This document shows positions 17,793 to 26,125 of a DNA stretch of 26,125 nt, one piece after another. Below the pieces are notes generated by a model that searched no databases, was not told the DNA's origin, and saw only the letters and a program-made list of their open reading frames with translations. This stretch comes from Terriglobales bacterium (GTDB lineage Bacteria > Acidobacteriota > Terriglobia > Terriglobales > Acidobacteriaceae), in assembly GCA_050746065.1 (NCBI GenBank), contig JBOGLL010000310.1, forward strand, positions 1 to 26,125. The letters run 5' to 3'. How positions within the stretch are numbered: the stretch's first letter is position 1; each line of letters starts with the position of its first letter. The position numbers and the translations under genes are program-made.

Positions 17793-18980
17793 TTGGACAG
17801 GATCCCGATGTCGTCCCCCGACCTGACGGCAACGGAAGTCGCCGCGGTCCTCGATGTGCTGCGAACCCCGCAACTCAGCCTGGGCCCGAGGAACGAGGCT
17901 TTCGAGGGGGCTTTCGCCGAATATCTCGGCGCACCGCTTGCCGCGGGCGTCAGTTCCGGGACAGCAGGCCTGCACGTGGCGCTGATTGCTGCCGGCGTTG
18001 CCGACGGCGACATGGTCATCACTACGCCCTTTTCCTTTGTCGCTTCGGCGAACTGCATCCTGTACGAGCGCGCCGTTCCTATCTTCGTTGACGTTGATTC
18101 CGCGACTGGCAACATCGATCCTGCGCAGGTGGCCGGCGCCGCCGGAGACCTGATGCGAGGCGGATCTGCGGCCGAACGCTGGCTGCCACCTAGGCTCCGC
18201 CAGACAGAGAGTCTGAAACTGGGCCGGCTCAAAGCGATCCTGCCGGTTCATGCTTTTGGGCAGCCTGCCGACATGGATTCCATTCTTGCCGTCGCCCACG
18301 AACACGCGCTTTTTGTCATAGAGGATGCCTGTGAAGCGGTAGGCGCCCAATACAAGTCGCGCAAAGCCGGCACTCTTGGCGATATTTCGGTATTTGCTTT
18401 CTATCCCAACAAGCAAATGACTACGGGAGAAGGCGGCATGGTCGTGACCGCTCGGCAGGATTGGGGTGCAGTGGTTCGGTCCCTGCGCAATCAGGGGCGC
18501 GATACACACAGCCCGTGGCTTCACCACTCCCGCCTGGGATTCAACTACCGTCTCGACGAGATGAGCGCTGCGCTGGGACACGCGCAACTCCAGAGGATCG
18601 AGGAACTGCTGGCCCGGCGCGAAAGTGTGGCTGGGTGGTACAACCAGCGACTTCGCAGCGTACCCGGAATCGAGGTCCCTCACATCGCCTCAGCCACCAC
18701 TCGAATGAGCTGGTTCGTTTACGTGGTTCGTATCCAGCCGCCAGCCAGCCGCGACGAGGTAGCTAGGATGCTAGCGGAGGAGAGAATTCCAAGTCGTCCG
18801 TATTTCTCCCCTATCCATCGGCAGCCGTTCTACGTTGAGCGCTTTGGATACCGGGATGGACATTTCCCCGTAGCGGAGTGGCTGGGGAACACCTGCCTGG
18901 CTCTGCCTTTCTCCGGAATCATGTCAGAGGAGCAGGTGGACACGGTTTGTGACCGCCTGCGCAGAATCGTGCTGCGCTAG
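17793..18980 (+). CDS. DegT/DnrJ/EryC1/StrS PLP-dependent sugar aminotransferase (PglE-like role)
   Basis: SSGTAGLH, EDACEA.G, FAFYPNKQMTTGEGG and GFNYRLDE motifs; TTG start with AAGGAG SD. Confidence 0.9.
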   Translation: MDRIPMSSPDLTATEVAAVLDVLRTPQLSLGPRNEAFEGAFAEYLGAPLAAGVSSGTAGLHVALIAAGVADGDMVITTPFSFVASANCILYERAVPIFVDVDSATGNIDPAQVAGAAGDLMRGGSAAERWLPPRLRQTESLKLGRLKAILPVHAFGQPADMDSILAVAHEHALFVIEDACEAVGAQYKSRKAGTLGDISVFAFYPNKQMTTGEGGMVVTARQDWGAVVRSLRNQGRDTHSPWLHHSRLGFNYRLDEMSAALGHAQLQRIEELLARRESVAGWYNQRLRSVPGIEVPHIASATTRMSWFVYVVRIQPPASRDEVARMLAEERIPSRPYFSPIHRQPFYVERFGYRDGHFPVAEWLGNTCLALPFSGIMSEEQVDTVCDRLRRIVLR

Positions 18981-19124
18981 GCCGCACAACAGGCCGAGTT
19001 ACCATGGTTACCAACGGAGAGCTGAAGGAATTGCGGTGGCTCCGTCGAAGACTCGGCATAATTTCCCTGAAGTTTTCCCTGTTAATGAAATGGGCCAAGG
19101 CCCAATAAGGATCAACGGGCGGAC

Positions 19125-19154
19125 TTGGAGGGACGCAGTTGGGGTTGCTATAAT
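19125..19154 (+). promoter_or_regulatory. Promoter of tRNA-Phe
   Basis: TTGGAG, 18-nt spacer, TATAAT (19149-19154) with extended TG at 19146-19147. Confidence 0.65.
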
Positions 19155-19279
19155 TCGTGTGCTGCACGTACCCGAAGCTTTCTTCGAAGGCTCGTCCTGA
19201 CTTCGAACCTCTTGAAAAGCCGCGGGAGAAGGGACGCCGCGCCGGTGAGGCTTGCGGCTCATCAGTTCCGCGGGCAAGT

Positions 19280-19355
19280 GGCCAGGTAGCTCAGCTGGTA
19301 GAGCGCGGCCCTGAAAAGGCCGGCGTCGGCGGTTCGATTCCGTCCCTGGCCACCA
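19280..19355 (+). tRNA. tRNA-Phe (GAA)
   Basis: 76-nt cloverleaf: acceptor GGCCAGG/CCTGGCC, D arm GCTC/GAGC, anticodon stem CGGCC-CTGAAAA-GGCCG, T loop TTCGATT, encoded CCA. Confidence 0.98.
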
Positions 19356-19501
19356 TCTCTACGCGGTCGTCTCCTCCGATTTCCCAGCCGCAAGGTGGGG
19401 TGATGCAGAGCACAGGCCTTTGTGAGCTGCGTCCCACGGCCAGTCGGCCCAACATCCTGGGCTGAGGGTCCCGGGTCGGTGCCGCGGCATGCACAATTTT
19501 G

Positions 19502-19530
19502 TTGACAGGGGGAAATTCGCTAGGCATAGT
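19502..19530 (+). promoter_or_regulatory. arg operon promoter
   Basis: Perfect TTGACA (19502-19507), 17-nt spacer, CATAGT (19525-19530). Confidence 0.75.
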
Positions 19531-19558
19531 TATGCGCTCTAATGCATACTTATGCAGT
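19521..19558. promoter_or_regulatory. Tandem ARG boxes (ArgR operator)
   Basis: TAGGCATAGTTATGCGCT and AATGCATACTTATGCAGT: two 18-bp palindromic boxes with GCATA-nn-TATGC cores, 2 bp apart, directly before argR. Confidence 0.88.
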
Positions 19559-20000
19559 GACGAAACTGGCGCGGCAGAAGGCGATCCTCGACCTGGTGCG
19601 CAGCCATCCCGTAGCCAGCCAGGAAGAGCTGCGCCACGCCCTGCGGCGGCGCGGCAGCCGCGTCACCCAGGCCACGCTCTCCCGCGACATCCATGAGCTC
19701 AAGCTGGTAAAGACGGAGGCGGGATACGCCGCCGTTTCCGGCGAGCCGCCGCCCGATCCCGGACTGCCGCCGGTCGAGCGCCTGGTGCGTGAGTTCGTGG
19801 CGGAAGTGCGCCCAGCGCAGAACCTGCTGGTGCTGAAAACGGCCCTGGGCAGCGCCCAGCCCGTGGCTGCGGCCATTGATAAAGAAGCGTGGCCGGAAAT
19901 CGTCGGTACCATCGGCGGCGACGACGCCATCCTCATCGTTTGTGCCGACCGCAAGGCGGCGCGGCAGCTCGCCCAGCGTCTTCAGGAGATGCTTGCCTGA
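19557..20000 (+). CDS. argR: Arginine repressor
   Basis: TK..RQ..I, SQEEL, VTQATLSRDI.EL, LVLKT..G.A and GTIGGDD motifs; start is GTG 19557 or ATG 19542. Confidence 0.95.
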   Translation: MTKLARQKAILDLVRSHPVASQEELRHALRRRGSRVTQATLSRDIHELKLVKTEAGYAAVSGEPPPDPGLPPVERLVREFVAEVRPAQNLLVLKTALGSAQPVAAAIDKEAWPEIVGTIGGDDAILIVCADRKAARQLAQRLQEMLA

Positions 20001-21047
20001 GTGTCCGCCCCGCTCCAGACCGCGGTCGTGGGCGCGACCGGCTATGCCGGACTGGAATTGGTCCGCCTGCTGGCACGGCATCCCCGGCTGAGTCCTCCGC
20101 TTCTCCTCGGGAGGGAGGGTGAGTCCAACGGTGCCGGCGACCTGGCCCAGGTCTTTCCGCACCTGAGCGGCAATGGTGCTCATCCGCTCGAACCGTTCTC
20201 CTGGCAGAAACTGGAAAAGGCCGGAGTCGGCTTGCTGCTTCTCGCCACTCCTTACGAGGTGTCGCACGCGTGCGTGCCGGAAGCCCTGCAGCGCGGGCTG
20301 CGTGTGGTGGACCTGAGCGGCGCCTGGCGCCTGAAGCAGAAACAGAATCGAGCGGTCTACGGGTTCACGGGCGAGGAAACCAACGGCGCCGTGGCTGTGC
20401 TCGAACGCGCCGTGTACGGATTGCCGGAACTGCATCGCGATGACTTGCGCACGGCGCAACTCGTGGCCAACGCCGGCTGTTACGCAACCTCCATCATCTT
20501 GGCGCTGGCGCCGCTGGTGCGGGCGGGCCTGGTGGATCCGGAGCAGGGAATCGTTTGCGACTCCAAGTCCGGAGTCTCCGGCGCCGGCAAGCAGCCAACG
20601 CCACGGACGCACTTTGTGGAAGTGGCCGACAATCTCTCTGCGTATTCCGTGTTTGGACACCGCCACACCGGGGAGATCCTCGAACAGCTTCACATCGAGG
20701 GTGCGCAACTCACGTTCACGCCTCACCTGTTGCCCATTCCGCGCGGCATTCTCTCGACCATTTACCTGCGGTTTGCGCAATCCATGAGCGCGGAGAAGGT
20801 CAGCGCTTGCATGCAGCAGTTCTACCAGGGGAGCCCCTGGGTGCGTGTGTTTCCGCAGCAGAAGCTGCCGGAAATCCAGTTCTCATTGCACACCAACTAC
20901 TGCGACCTGGGCGTCAGCGTGGCGCCGGATGGGAAGCGCGCGGTGCTGGTCTCTTGTCTCGACAATCTTCTCAAGGGCGCCGCCGGACAGGCGGTGCAGA
21001 ACATGAACCTCATGTACGGATGGGACGAGCGCGAGGGGCTGGCATGA
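20001..21047 (+). CDS. argC: N-acetyl-gamma-glutamyl-phosphate reductase
   Basis: VGATGYAG.EL, DLSG..R, YGLPE, ANAGCY, SGVSGAG, HRH..E and DNLLKGAAGQAVQNMN motifs. Confidence 0.96.
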   Translation: MSAPLQTAVVGATGYAGLELVRLLARHPRLSPPLLLGREGESNGAGDLAQVFPHLSGNGAHPLEPFSWQKLEKAGVGLLLLATPYEVSHACVPEALQRGLRVVDLSGAWRLKQKQNRAVYGFTGEETNGAVAVLERAVYGLPELHRDDLRTAQLVANAGCYATSIILALAPLVRAGLVDPEQGIVCDSKSGVSGAGKQPTPRTHFVEVADNLSAYSVFGHRHTGEILEQLHIEGAQLTFTPHLLPIPRGILSTIYLRFAQSMSAEKVSACMQQFYQGSPWVRVFPQQKLPEIQFSLHTNYCDLGVSVAPDGKRAVLVSCLDNLLKGAAGQAVQNMNLMYGWDEREGLA

Positions 21048-21829
21048 GGCTGGTGGTCAAGATCGGGGGCGTGGCCGTGGAAGACAAGCCGCTGCTGGCC
21101 CGTTGCGCGCATGCCGTGGCCGACCTTGCGCAGCAGGGTCACCAGGTGGCAGTGGTGCATGGCGGCGGCGCCGTGCTCACGCGCACTCTGGCGCAAATGG
21201 GAAAAGCGAGTCGCTTCGTGAACGGCCTGCGGGTCACCGACGCCGAGACCCGCGACGTTGCCCTGATGGTCCTCGCCGGTTCTGTGAACAAGCTGCTGGT
21301 GGCGGCGCTGGTGGGTGTGGGCCAGCCGGCGATGGGCATCTGCGGCGGCGACGGGTTCACCTTCCGCGCACGCAAAAAGAAGAGCGACGAGTGCGACCTC
21401 GGCTACGTCGGCGAGATCAGCGCCGTCGAGCCGCGCTGGCTGGAAGCCCTCTGGAGCGCGGGCGCGGTGCCGGTGATTTCCAGCCTGGCGCTGGGCGCCG
21501 ACGGCGAGTACTACAACGTGAACGCCGACCAGATGGCCGCGGCCTGCGCCGTGGGCTGTCGCGCGAATGCGCTCATCTTTATTACCGACGTCGAAGGCGT
21601 GAAGGACGCTGACGGCGCCGTGATGCGCTGGCTTGACCTGAAGCAGGTTCCGGAAATGGTCCGCACCTCCGTCGTGGGCGGCGGCATGCTGCCCAAACTC
21701 GAAGCCTGCCAGCTGGCACTGCGCGGGGGAGTGGCGCGCGTGCGCGTGCTGCCCGCGGCCCGGGCCGACGCGCTGCCGCTCTTCTATACCAGCAGGATCG
21801 AATTCGGCACCGAGGTGATGGTGGCATGA
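21044..21829 (+). CDS. argB: Acetylglutamate kinase
   Basis: VVKIGG, VVHGGG, GLRVTD, NVNAD, TDVEGV and GGMLPK motifs; ATG 21044 overlaps the argC stop. Confidence 0.96.
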   Translation: MRLVVKIGGVAVEDKPLLARCAHAVADLAQQGHQVAVVHGGGAVLTRTLAQMGKASRFVNGLRVTDAETRDVALMVLAGSVNKLLVAALVGVGQPAMGICGGDGFTFRARKKKSDECDLGYVGEISAVEPRWLEALWSAGAVPVISSLALGADGEYYNVNADQMAAACAVGCRANALIFITDVEGVKDADGAVMRWLDLKQVPEMVRTSVVGGGMLPKLEACQLALRGGVARVRVLPAARADALPLFYTSRIEFGTEVMVA

Positions 21830-23079
21830 ACGCACACGCCGCCGCCCTCAAGCGGCAGGAAGACGCGCTGCTGCTTCCGACGTATGACCGCGTTCCCGTC
21901 GTTTTCGAACGCGGCCGCGGTGTCTATCTCTTCGATACGCGCGGGCGGCGCTATCTCGATTTCCTCAGCGGCATTGGGGTGAATGCGCTGGGCCACGGGC
22001 ACGCCGCCATCCGCAAGGCGATTGCGGAGCAGGCGGGCAGGATGGTCCACATCTCCAATCTTTTCTACCATCCGTTGCAGTCGGCGCTTGCCCGCAGGCT
22101 CACCGCCATTTCCGGACTCGACCGCGCATTCTTCTCCAACAGCGGGACGGAAGCCTGGGAAGGCGCGCTGAAGCTGGCCCGCAGCTACGCCAGAATGATC
22201 AGCCACAACGGCCGCCGTCCGCGCTGGCGGATCCTGGCGCTGGAAAACTCCTTCCACGGCCGAACGTTTGGTTCGCTCGCCACCACCGGGCAGGCGAAAT
22301 ATCGCAAGCCCTTTGCTCCGCTGATGCCGGGTGTGGAGTTCGTTCGCTTCAACGACGTTGCTGACCTGAAAGCAAAGTTCGACTCGACGGTCTGCGCCGT
22401 GGGACTCGAGACCATTCAGGGTGAGAGCGGCATCCGTCCGCTGAGCGGCGAATTTCTCGAAGCGGCGCGCTCACTCACCCGGAAGCATCATGCACTGCTG
22501 CTGGTGGACGAGATCCAGTGCGGTCTCGGCCGTACCGGGCGCTACTTCGCTTATCAGCAGTTCGGCATCCTGCCGGATATCGTGACCGTTGCCAAACCGC
22601 TGGCCGGCGGGCTGCCGCTAGGCGCCATCCTTACCACGGACCGGGTGGCCCGGGCGATTCATCCCGGGATGCACGGCACGACCTTCGGCGGAGGCCCGCT
22701 CGCCTGCGCCGCCGCCATCGCTTTCCTCGACGCACTGAAGCGCGAGCGCATTCTGCCGCACGTGCGCAAGGTCGGGCGCTACCTCGCCGGCCGCCTTACA
22801 GAGCTGCAACCGAAGCATCCCGCGATTCGCGAAGTACGCTGCATCGGGCTGATGGCGGGCATCGAACTCGATTCGGCGGATCTCGCCAAACAGGTAGTTC
22901 CGGCGATGCTGGAGCGGAGGATCATCATCAACCGCACCCACGACACGGTGCTGCGGCTGTTGCCGCCGTACATCGTTACGGAGGCTCACGTGGATGATGT
23001 CGTGAGCGCGCTCGAGCGGATTCTGACGGCGCTGTCGCGGGCGCCGAAATCGCAACCAAAACAGGGAGGCACCCATTGA
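21826..23079 (+). CDS. argD: Acetylornithine aminotransferase
   Basis: YLDFLSGIGVN.LGH, NSGTEA.E, SFHGRT, IQGESG, DEIQCGLGRTG, AKPLAGG and HGTTFGG motifs. Confidence 0.95.
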   Translation: MNAHAAALKRQEDALLLPTYDRVPVVFERGRGVYLFDTRGRRYLDFLSGIGVNALGHGHAAIRKAIAEQAGRMVHISNLFYHPLQSALARRLTAISGLDRAFFSNSGTEAWEGALKLARSYARMISHNGRRPRWRILALENSFHGRTFGSLATTGQAKYRKPFAPLMPGVEFVRFNDVADLKAKFDSTVCAVGLETIQGESGIRPLSGEFLEAARSLTRKHHALLLVDEIQCGLGRTGRYFAYQQFGILPDIVTVAKPLAGGLPLGAILTTDRVARAIHPGMHGTTFGGGPLACAAAIAFLDALKRERILPHVRKVGRYLAGRLTELQPKHPAIREVRCIGLMAGIELDSADLAKQVVPAMLERRIIINRTHDTVLRLLPPYIVTEAHVDDVVSALERILTALSRAPKSQPKQGGTH

Positions 23080-24092
23080 GCACCCGACCGAGACCGCTGG
23101 CGCACGCCCATAGCGTCCAGCCGGCCCTCATTCAACTGAAGACCGCGGACCTCATCTCCATCCGCGATGTTTCGCCGTTCGAGGTGCGGTCCATTCTCAG
23201 CCTGACCGCGCTCATGAAGGCCATGCCGGCCTCGTTCCGCGATGCTCTTGCGGGCAAGCAACTGGCGCTGTTCTTTGAGAAGCCCTCGCTGCGCACGCGC
23301 ATCACCTTTGAAGCTGGCATCAGCAGCATGGGCGGGACCTCGTTCTTTGTGGACCAGACCCGTTCACGCCTGGACGAGCGCGAGACGCTCAGCGACATCT
23401 CCCGCAACCTGGAGCGCTGGGTGGACGGCGTGGTGCTGCGCACCTTCGACCACGCGACGGTTGTAGGAGTGGCGCAGCACGCGGCCATCCCGGTAATCAA
23501 CGGCCTGAGCGATGTGGAGCATCCTTGCCAGGCGCTGGCCGATTTTTTCACCCTGGAAGAGAAGTTGGCCGACCTCACGAGGGTCCACTTGGCCTATGTG
23601 GGCGATGGCAACAACGTCGCGCATTCGCTGATGCTGGTGGCCGCTTCCGTCGGCAGCCACATCCGCGTCGCCACGCCCCGCGGACACGAGCCCGCTGCAG
23701 AAATCGTCACCCACGCGCGAAAACGCGCCAAAGAAACCGGCGGCTCGGTGGAGTTGTTTCACGATCCCGTGGAAGCGGTGGCCGGAGCCAACGCCATCTA
23801 CACCGACGTGTGGGCCAGCATGGGTCAGGAATCGGAGGCAGACGCGTGCCGCCAAACCTTCGCGGGCTATCAGGTCAATCGTGAACTGATGGCGCACGCC
23901 CAGCCCGGGGCGCTCTTCCTGCATTGTCTGCCGGCGCATCGCGGGCTGGAAGTGACGGACGAGGTGATTGATTCGCCGCAATCCGTGGTCTTCGACCAAG
24001 CGGAAAACCGGCTGCACGTCCAGAAGGCCATCATGCTGTTGCTGCTGGGTGGCGGCAAGCACCGCCTTCCACTAAGGAGCGCCCATGCGTGA
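23076..24092 (+). CDS. argF: Ornithine carbamoyltransferase
   Basis: FEKPSLRTR, HPCQALAD, GDGNNV, DVWASMG, HCLPAHRG and QAENR motifs; TTG start after GGAGG. Confidence 0.95.
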   Translation: MSTRPRPLAHAHSVQPALIQLKTADLISIRDVSPFEVRSILSLTALMKAMPASFRDALAGKQLALFFEKPSLRTRITFEAGISSMGGTSFFVDQTRSRLDERETLSDISRNLERWVDGVVLRTFDHATVVGVAQHAAIPVINGLSDVEHPCQALADFFTLEEKLADLTRVHLAYVGDGNNVAHSLMLVAASVGSHIRVATPRGHEPAAEIVTHARKRAKETGGSVELFHDPVEAVAGANAIYTDVWASMGQESEADACRQTFAGYQVNRELMAHAQPGALFLHCLPAHRGLEVTDEVIDSPQSVVFDQAENRLHVQKAIMLLLLGGGKHRLPLRSAHA

Positions 24093-25296
24093 AAAGATCG
24101 TTCTCGCCTACTCCGGGGGACTCGACACCTCCATCATTATTCCCTGGCTGAAGGAGAACTACGCCGCCGATGTGGTTGCCATGGTGGGCGACGTGGGCCA
24201 GGGAGACGACCTGGAGGCCGTGGTGAAAAAGGCCTACGCCACAGGCGCTTCCAAGGTGGTAGTTGAAGATTTACGTGAGGAATTCCTAACGGGCTATGTG
24301 TTTCCCGCGTTGCGCGCCGGAGCCGTCTACGAGCACAAGTATTTGCTGGGAACGTCCTTGGCGCGCCCGGTGCTCGCCAAGAAGCAGGTCGAGGTCGCGC
24401 TGAAGGAAGGCGCAACCGCCGTGGCCCACGGCTGTACCGGGAAGGGAAACGATCAGGTTCGATTCGAGCATGCTTACCAGGCCTTGGCCCCCGAACTCAA
24501 AATCATTGCGCCCTGGCGGGAGTGGAACCTGCGCTCTCGCGAAGATTGCCTGGACTATGCCGAGTCGCACGGCGTTTCCGTGGCTGCCAGCCGCGAGAAG
24601 ATTCACAGCCGGGACCGCAATATCTGGCACCTGAGCCACGAGGGCGGGGAACTGGAAGATCCGGACAATGCTCCGCTGGAAAGCACCTGGGTGTGGACCG
24701 TGTCACCCCAGGACGCACCTGACCAGGCCGAACCGGTGGAGATCGGCTACGAACAGGGAACTCCGGTGAGCGTGAACGGCGCCCGGCTCGATCCGGTGTC
24801 GCTGCTCGAGCAACTCAACGAGATCGGCGCGCGCAACGCCATCGGCCGCACCGACCTGGTGGAGAACCGTTTCGTGGGCATCAAGTCACGCGGATGCTAT
24901 GAGACACCAGGCGGCACGCTGCTGCTCGCCGTGCATCGCGAGCTGGAAGCGCTCTGCCTGGAGCGTGACGTGCTGCACTTCAAGCAGCACGTCGGGTTGA
25001 AGTACGCCGAGCTGGTCTATTTCGGACTGTGGTTCACACCGCTGCGTGAGGCCCTCGATGCTTTCGTCAACGCCACACAGGCGGAGGTTACGGGCAGGGT
25101 CACGCTCGCGCTCTACAAAGGCAACATCAGCGTGGAAGGACGCCACTCCGAGCATTCTCTGTACCGCACCGATCTTGCCGCCTTCACCATGGGCGAGGCC
25201 TACGACCAGAAGGATGCGGCGGGCTTCATCCGCATTCTTGGCCTGCCGGCGCGCACCCGCGCGCGACTCAAACAGCGGCAGGAGGTGGCGAAATGA
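24085..25296 (+). CDS. argG: Argininosuccinate synthase
   Basis: LAYSGGLDTS, YLLGTSLARP, HGCTGKGNDQVRF and ENRFVGIKSRGCYETPG motifs. Confidence 0.97.
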   Translation: MREKIVLAYSGGLDTSIIIPWLKENYAADVVAMVGDVGQGDDLEAVVKKAYATGASKVVVEDLREEFLTGYVFPALRAGAVYEHKYLLGTSLARPVLAKKQVEVALKEGATAVAHGCTGKGNDQVRFEHAYQALAPELKIIAPWREWNLRSREDCLDYAESHGVSVAASREKIHSRDRNIWHLSHEGGELEDPDNAPLESTWVWTVSPQDAPDQAEPVEIGYEQGTPVSVNGARLDPVSLLEQLNEIGARNAIGRTDLVENRFVGIKSRGCYETPGGTLLLAVHRELEALCLERDVLHFKQHVGLKYAELVYFGLWFTPLREALDAFVNATQAEVTGRVTLALYKGNISVEGRHSEHSLYRTDLAAFTMGEAYDQKDAAGFIRILGLPARTRARLKQRQEVAK

Positions 25297-26125
25297 AGAT
25301 GTGGTCCGGACGCTTCCGCCGGCCGCTCGATCCAGAATTCGAGCGCTGGCAGCGATCGTTCGGTTTCGACCAGAGGCTGCTTCCCTACGAGCTGGCTGCC
25401 AGCCGCACGCACGCGCGCGCCCTGGCCAAGGCCGGGATCCTTTCGGATGAGGAACTCTCCAGCATCCTCGACGGGCTCGGCCGCATGGCCGCGCTTTCCG
25501 CGGATCCTGCCTTCCTGAAAGATGACGAAGTGGAGGACGTACATCATTTCGTCGAAAAGAAGCTGGTCGAATTGATCGGAGACGCCGGTTACAAGCTGCA
25601 CACCGGCCGCAGTCGTAACGAGCAAATCGCCACCGACCTGCGGCTCTTTGTGCTGCACCAGATCGACGATTGCCGGCTACTGGTTGCCGAGTTGCTGGAG
25701 GAGTTCCTGAATCATGCTACGGGTGCAGGCTCTGCCGTCATGCCCGCCTACACGCACCTGCAGCGCGCCGAACCGGTGCTGGTGGCGCACTGGCTGCTGG
25801 CTTATGTGGAGATGTTCCTCCGCGATCTCGACCGCCTGCGGGATTGCCGCGCACGCACCAATCTGTGTCCGCTGGGCTCGGGAGCGGTGGCCGGGGCCAC
25901 GCTGGTGCTCGACCGGCAGGCCATGGCCGCGGAGCTGGGCTTTGATGGCCCTACTGCCAACAGCATGGACGCCACGAGCGACCGCGATTTCCCCATCGAG
26001 TTCGTGCAAGCCCTGACCGTGATGACAACTCATCTGGGCCGCTGGGCGGAGGAGATGATCCTGTTCTCGACGCAGGAGTTCGGCTTCGTCACTTTGCCCG
26101 AGAGCCACTCCACGGGCAGCAGTGC
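25293..26125 (+). CDS. argH: Argininosuccinate lyase, 5' part, runs off the right edge
   Basis: Hand translation MKMWSGRF...EDVH...LHTGRSRNEQIATD...MPAYTHLQRAEP...PLGSGAVAG...NSMDATSDRDF...STGSS; absent from the ORF track. Confidence 0.96.
   Translation, partial: MKMWSGRFRRPLDPEFERWQRSFGFDQRLLPYELAASRTHARALAKAGILSDEELSSILDGLGRMAALSADPAFLKDDEVEDVHHFVEKKLVELIGDAGYKLHTGRSRNEQIATDLRLFVLHQIDDCRLLVAELLEEFLNHATGAGSAVMPAYTHLQRAEPVLVAHWLLAYVEMFLRDLDRLRDCRARTNLCPLGSGAVAGATLVLDRQAMAAELGFDGPTANSMDATSDRDFPIEFVQALTVMTTHLGRWAEEMILFSTQEFGFVTLPESHSTGSS

Noticed and set aside
19091..19104. Palindrome TGGGCC-AA-GGCCCA and a nearby GTTACCA direct repeat
   Set aside because: Short, single occurrences with no supporting context
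18981..19355. Glycan locus as a tRNA-Phe-integrated island
   Set aside because: The locus is on the 5' side of the tRNA; no integrase or duplicated tRNA 3' end was seen
19428..19437. GTGGGACGCA on the minus strand resembling part of a c-di-GMP-I riboswitch
   Set aside because: The GGCAAACC/GAAA arm and the following AAG are absent, and there is no downstream gene in that orientation
23076..24092. ArgF as an N-acetyl- or N-succinylornithine transcarbamylase because of SLRT
   Set aside because: It keeps DVWASMG and HCLPAHRG, typical of the standard ornithine enzyme
1..26125. CRISPR arrays, IS elements, prophage or defence genes, ops/JUMPStart element
   Set aside because: None recognised by eye; nearly all the sequence is accounted for by glycan, tRNA and arg genes

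Overview
GC-rich bacterial chromosomal window, probably Acidobacteriota (inferred from gene style and order, not verified). Positions 1-18980 are a surface-glycan locus. Its minus-strand arm holds an OPX/Wza-like exporter, then an expanded pseudaminic-acid operon (pseB, pseC, Gfo/Idh/MocA oxidoreductase, two tandem CMP-nonulosonate synthetase paralogues, SDR, pseG::GNAT fusion, pseI), then a secreted probable beta-helix protein that runs off the left edge and is missing from the ORF track. Its divergent plus-strand arm holds a GT4, two NDP-sugar epimerases (one with a CxxC/CxxC insert), an AsnB-like amidotransferase, a WbuB-like GT4, and a PglD/PglC/PglE-like module with its own promoter. tRNA-Phe(GAA) follows, then an argR-argC-argB-argD-argF-argG-argH operon with a clear promoter and tandem ARG boxes; argH is cut by the right edge. 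The most interesting signal is the four-gene insert where pseF normally sits. It suggests an epimerised or otherwise non-canonical nonulosonic acid, and its two cytidylyltransferases have complementary motif losses, suggesting a heterodimer or a change of function.
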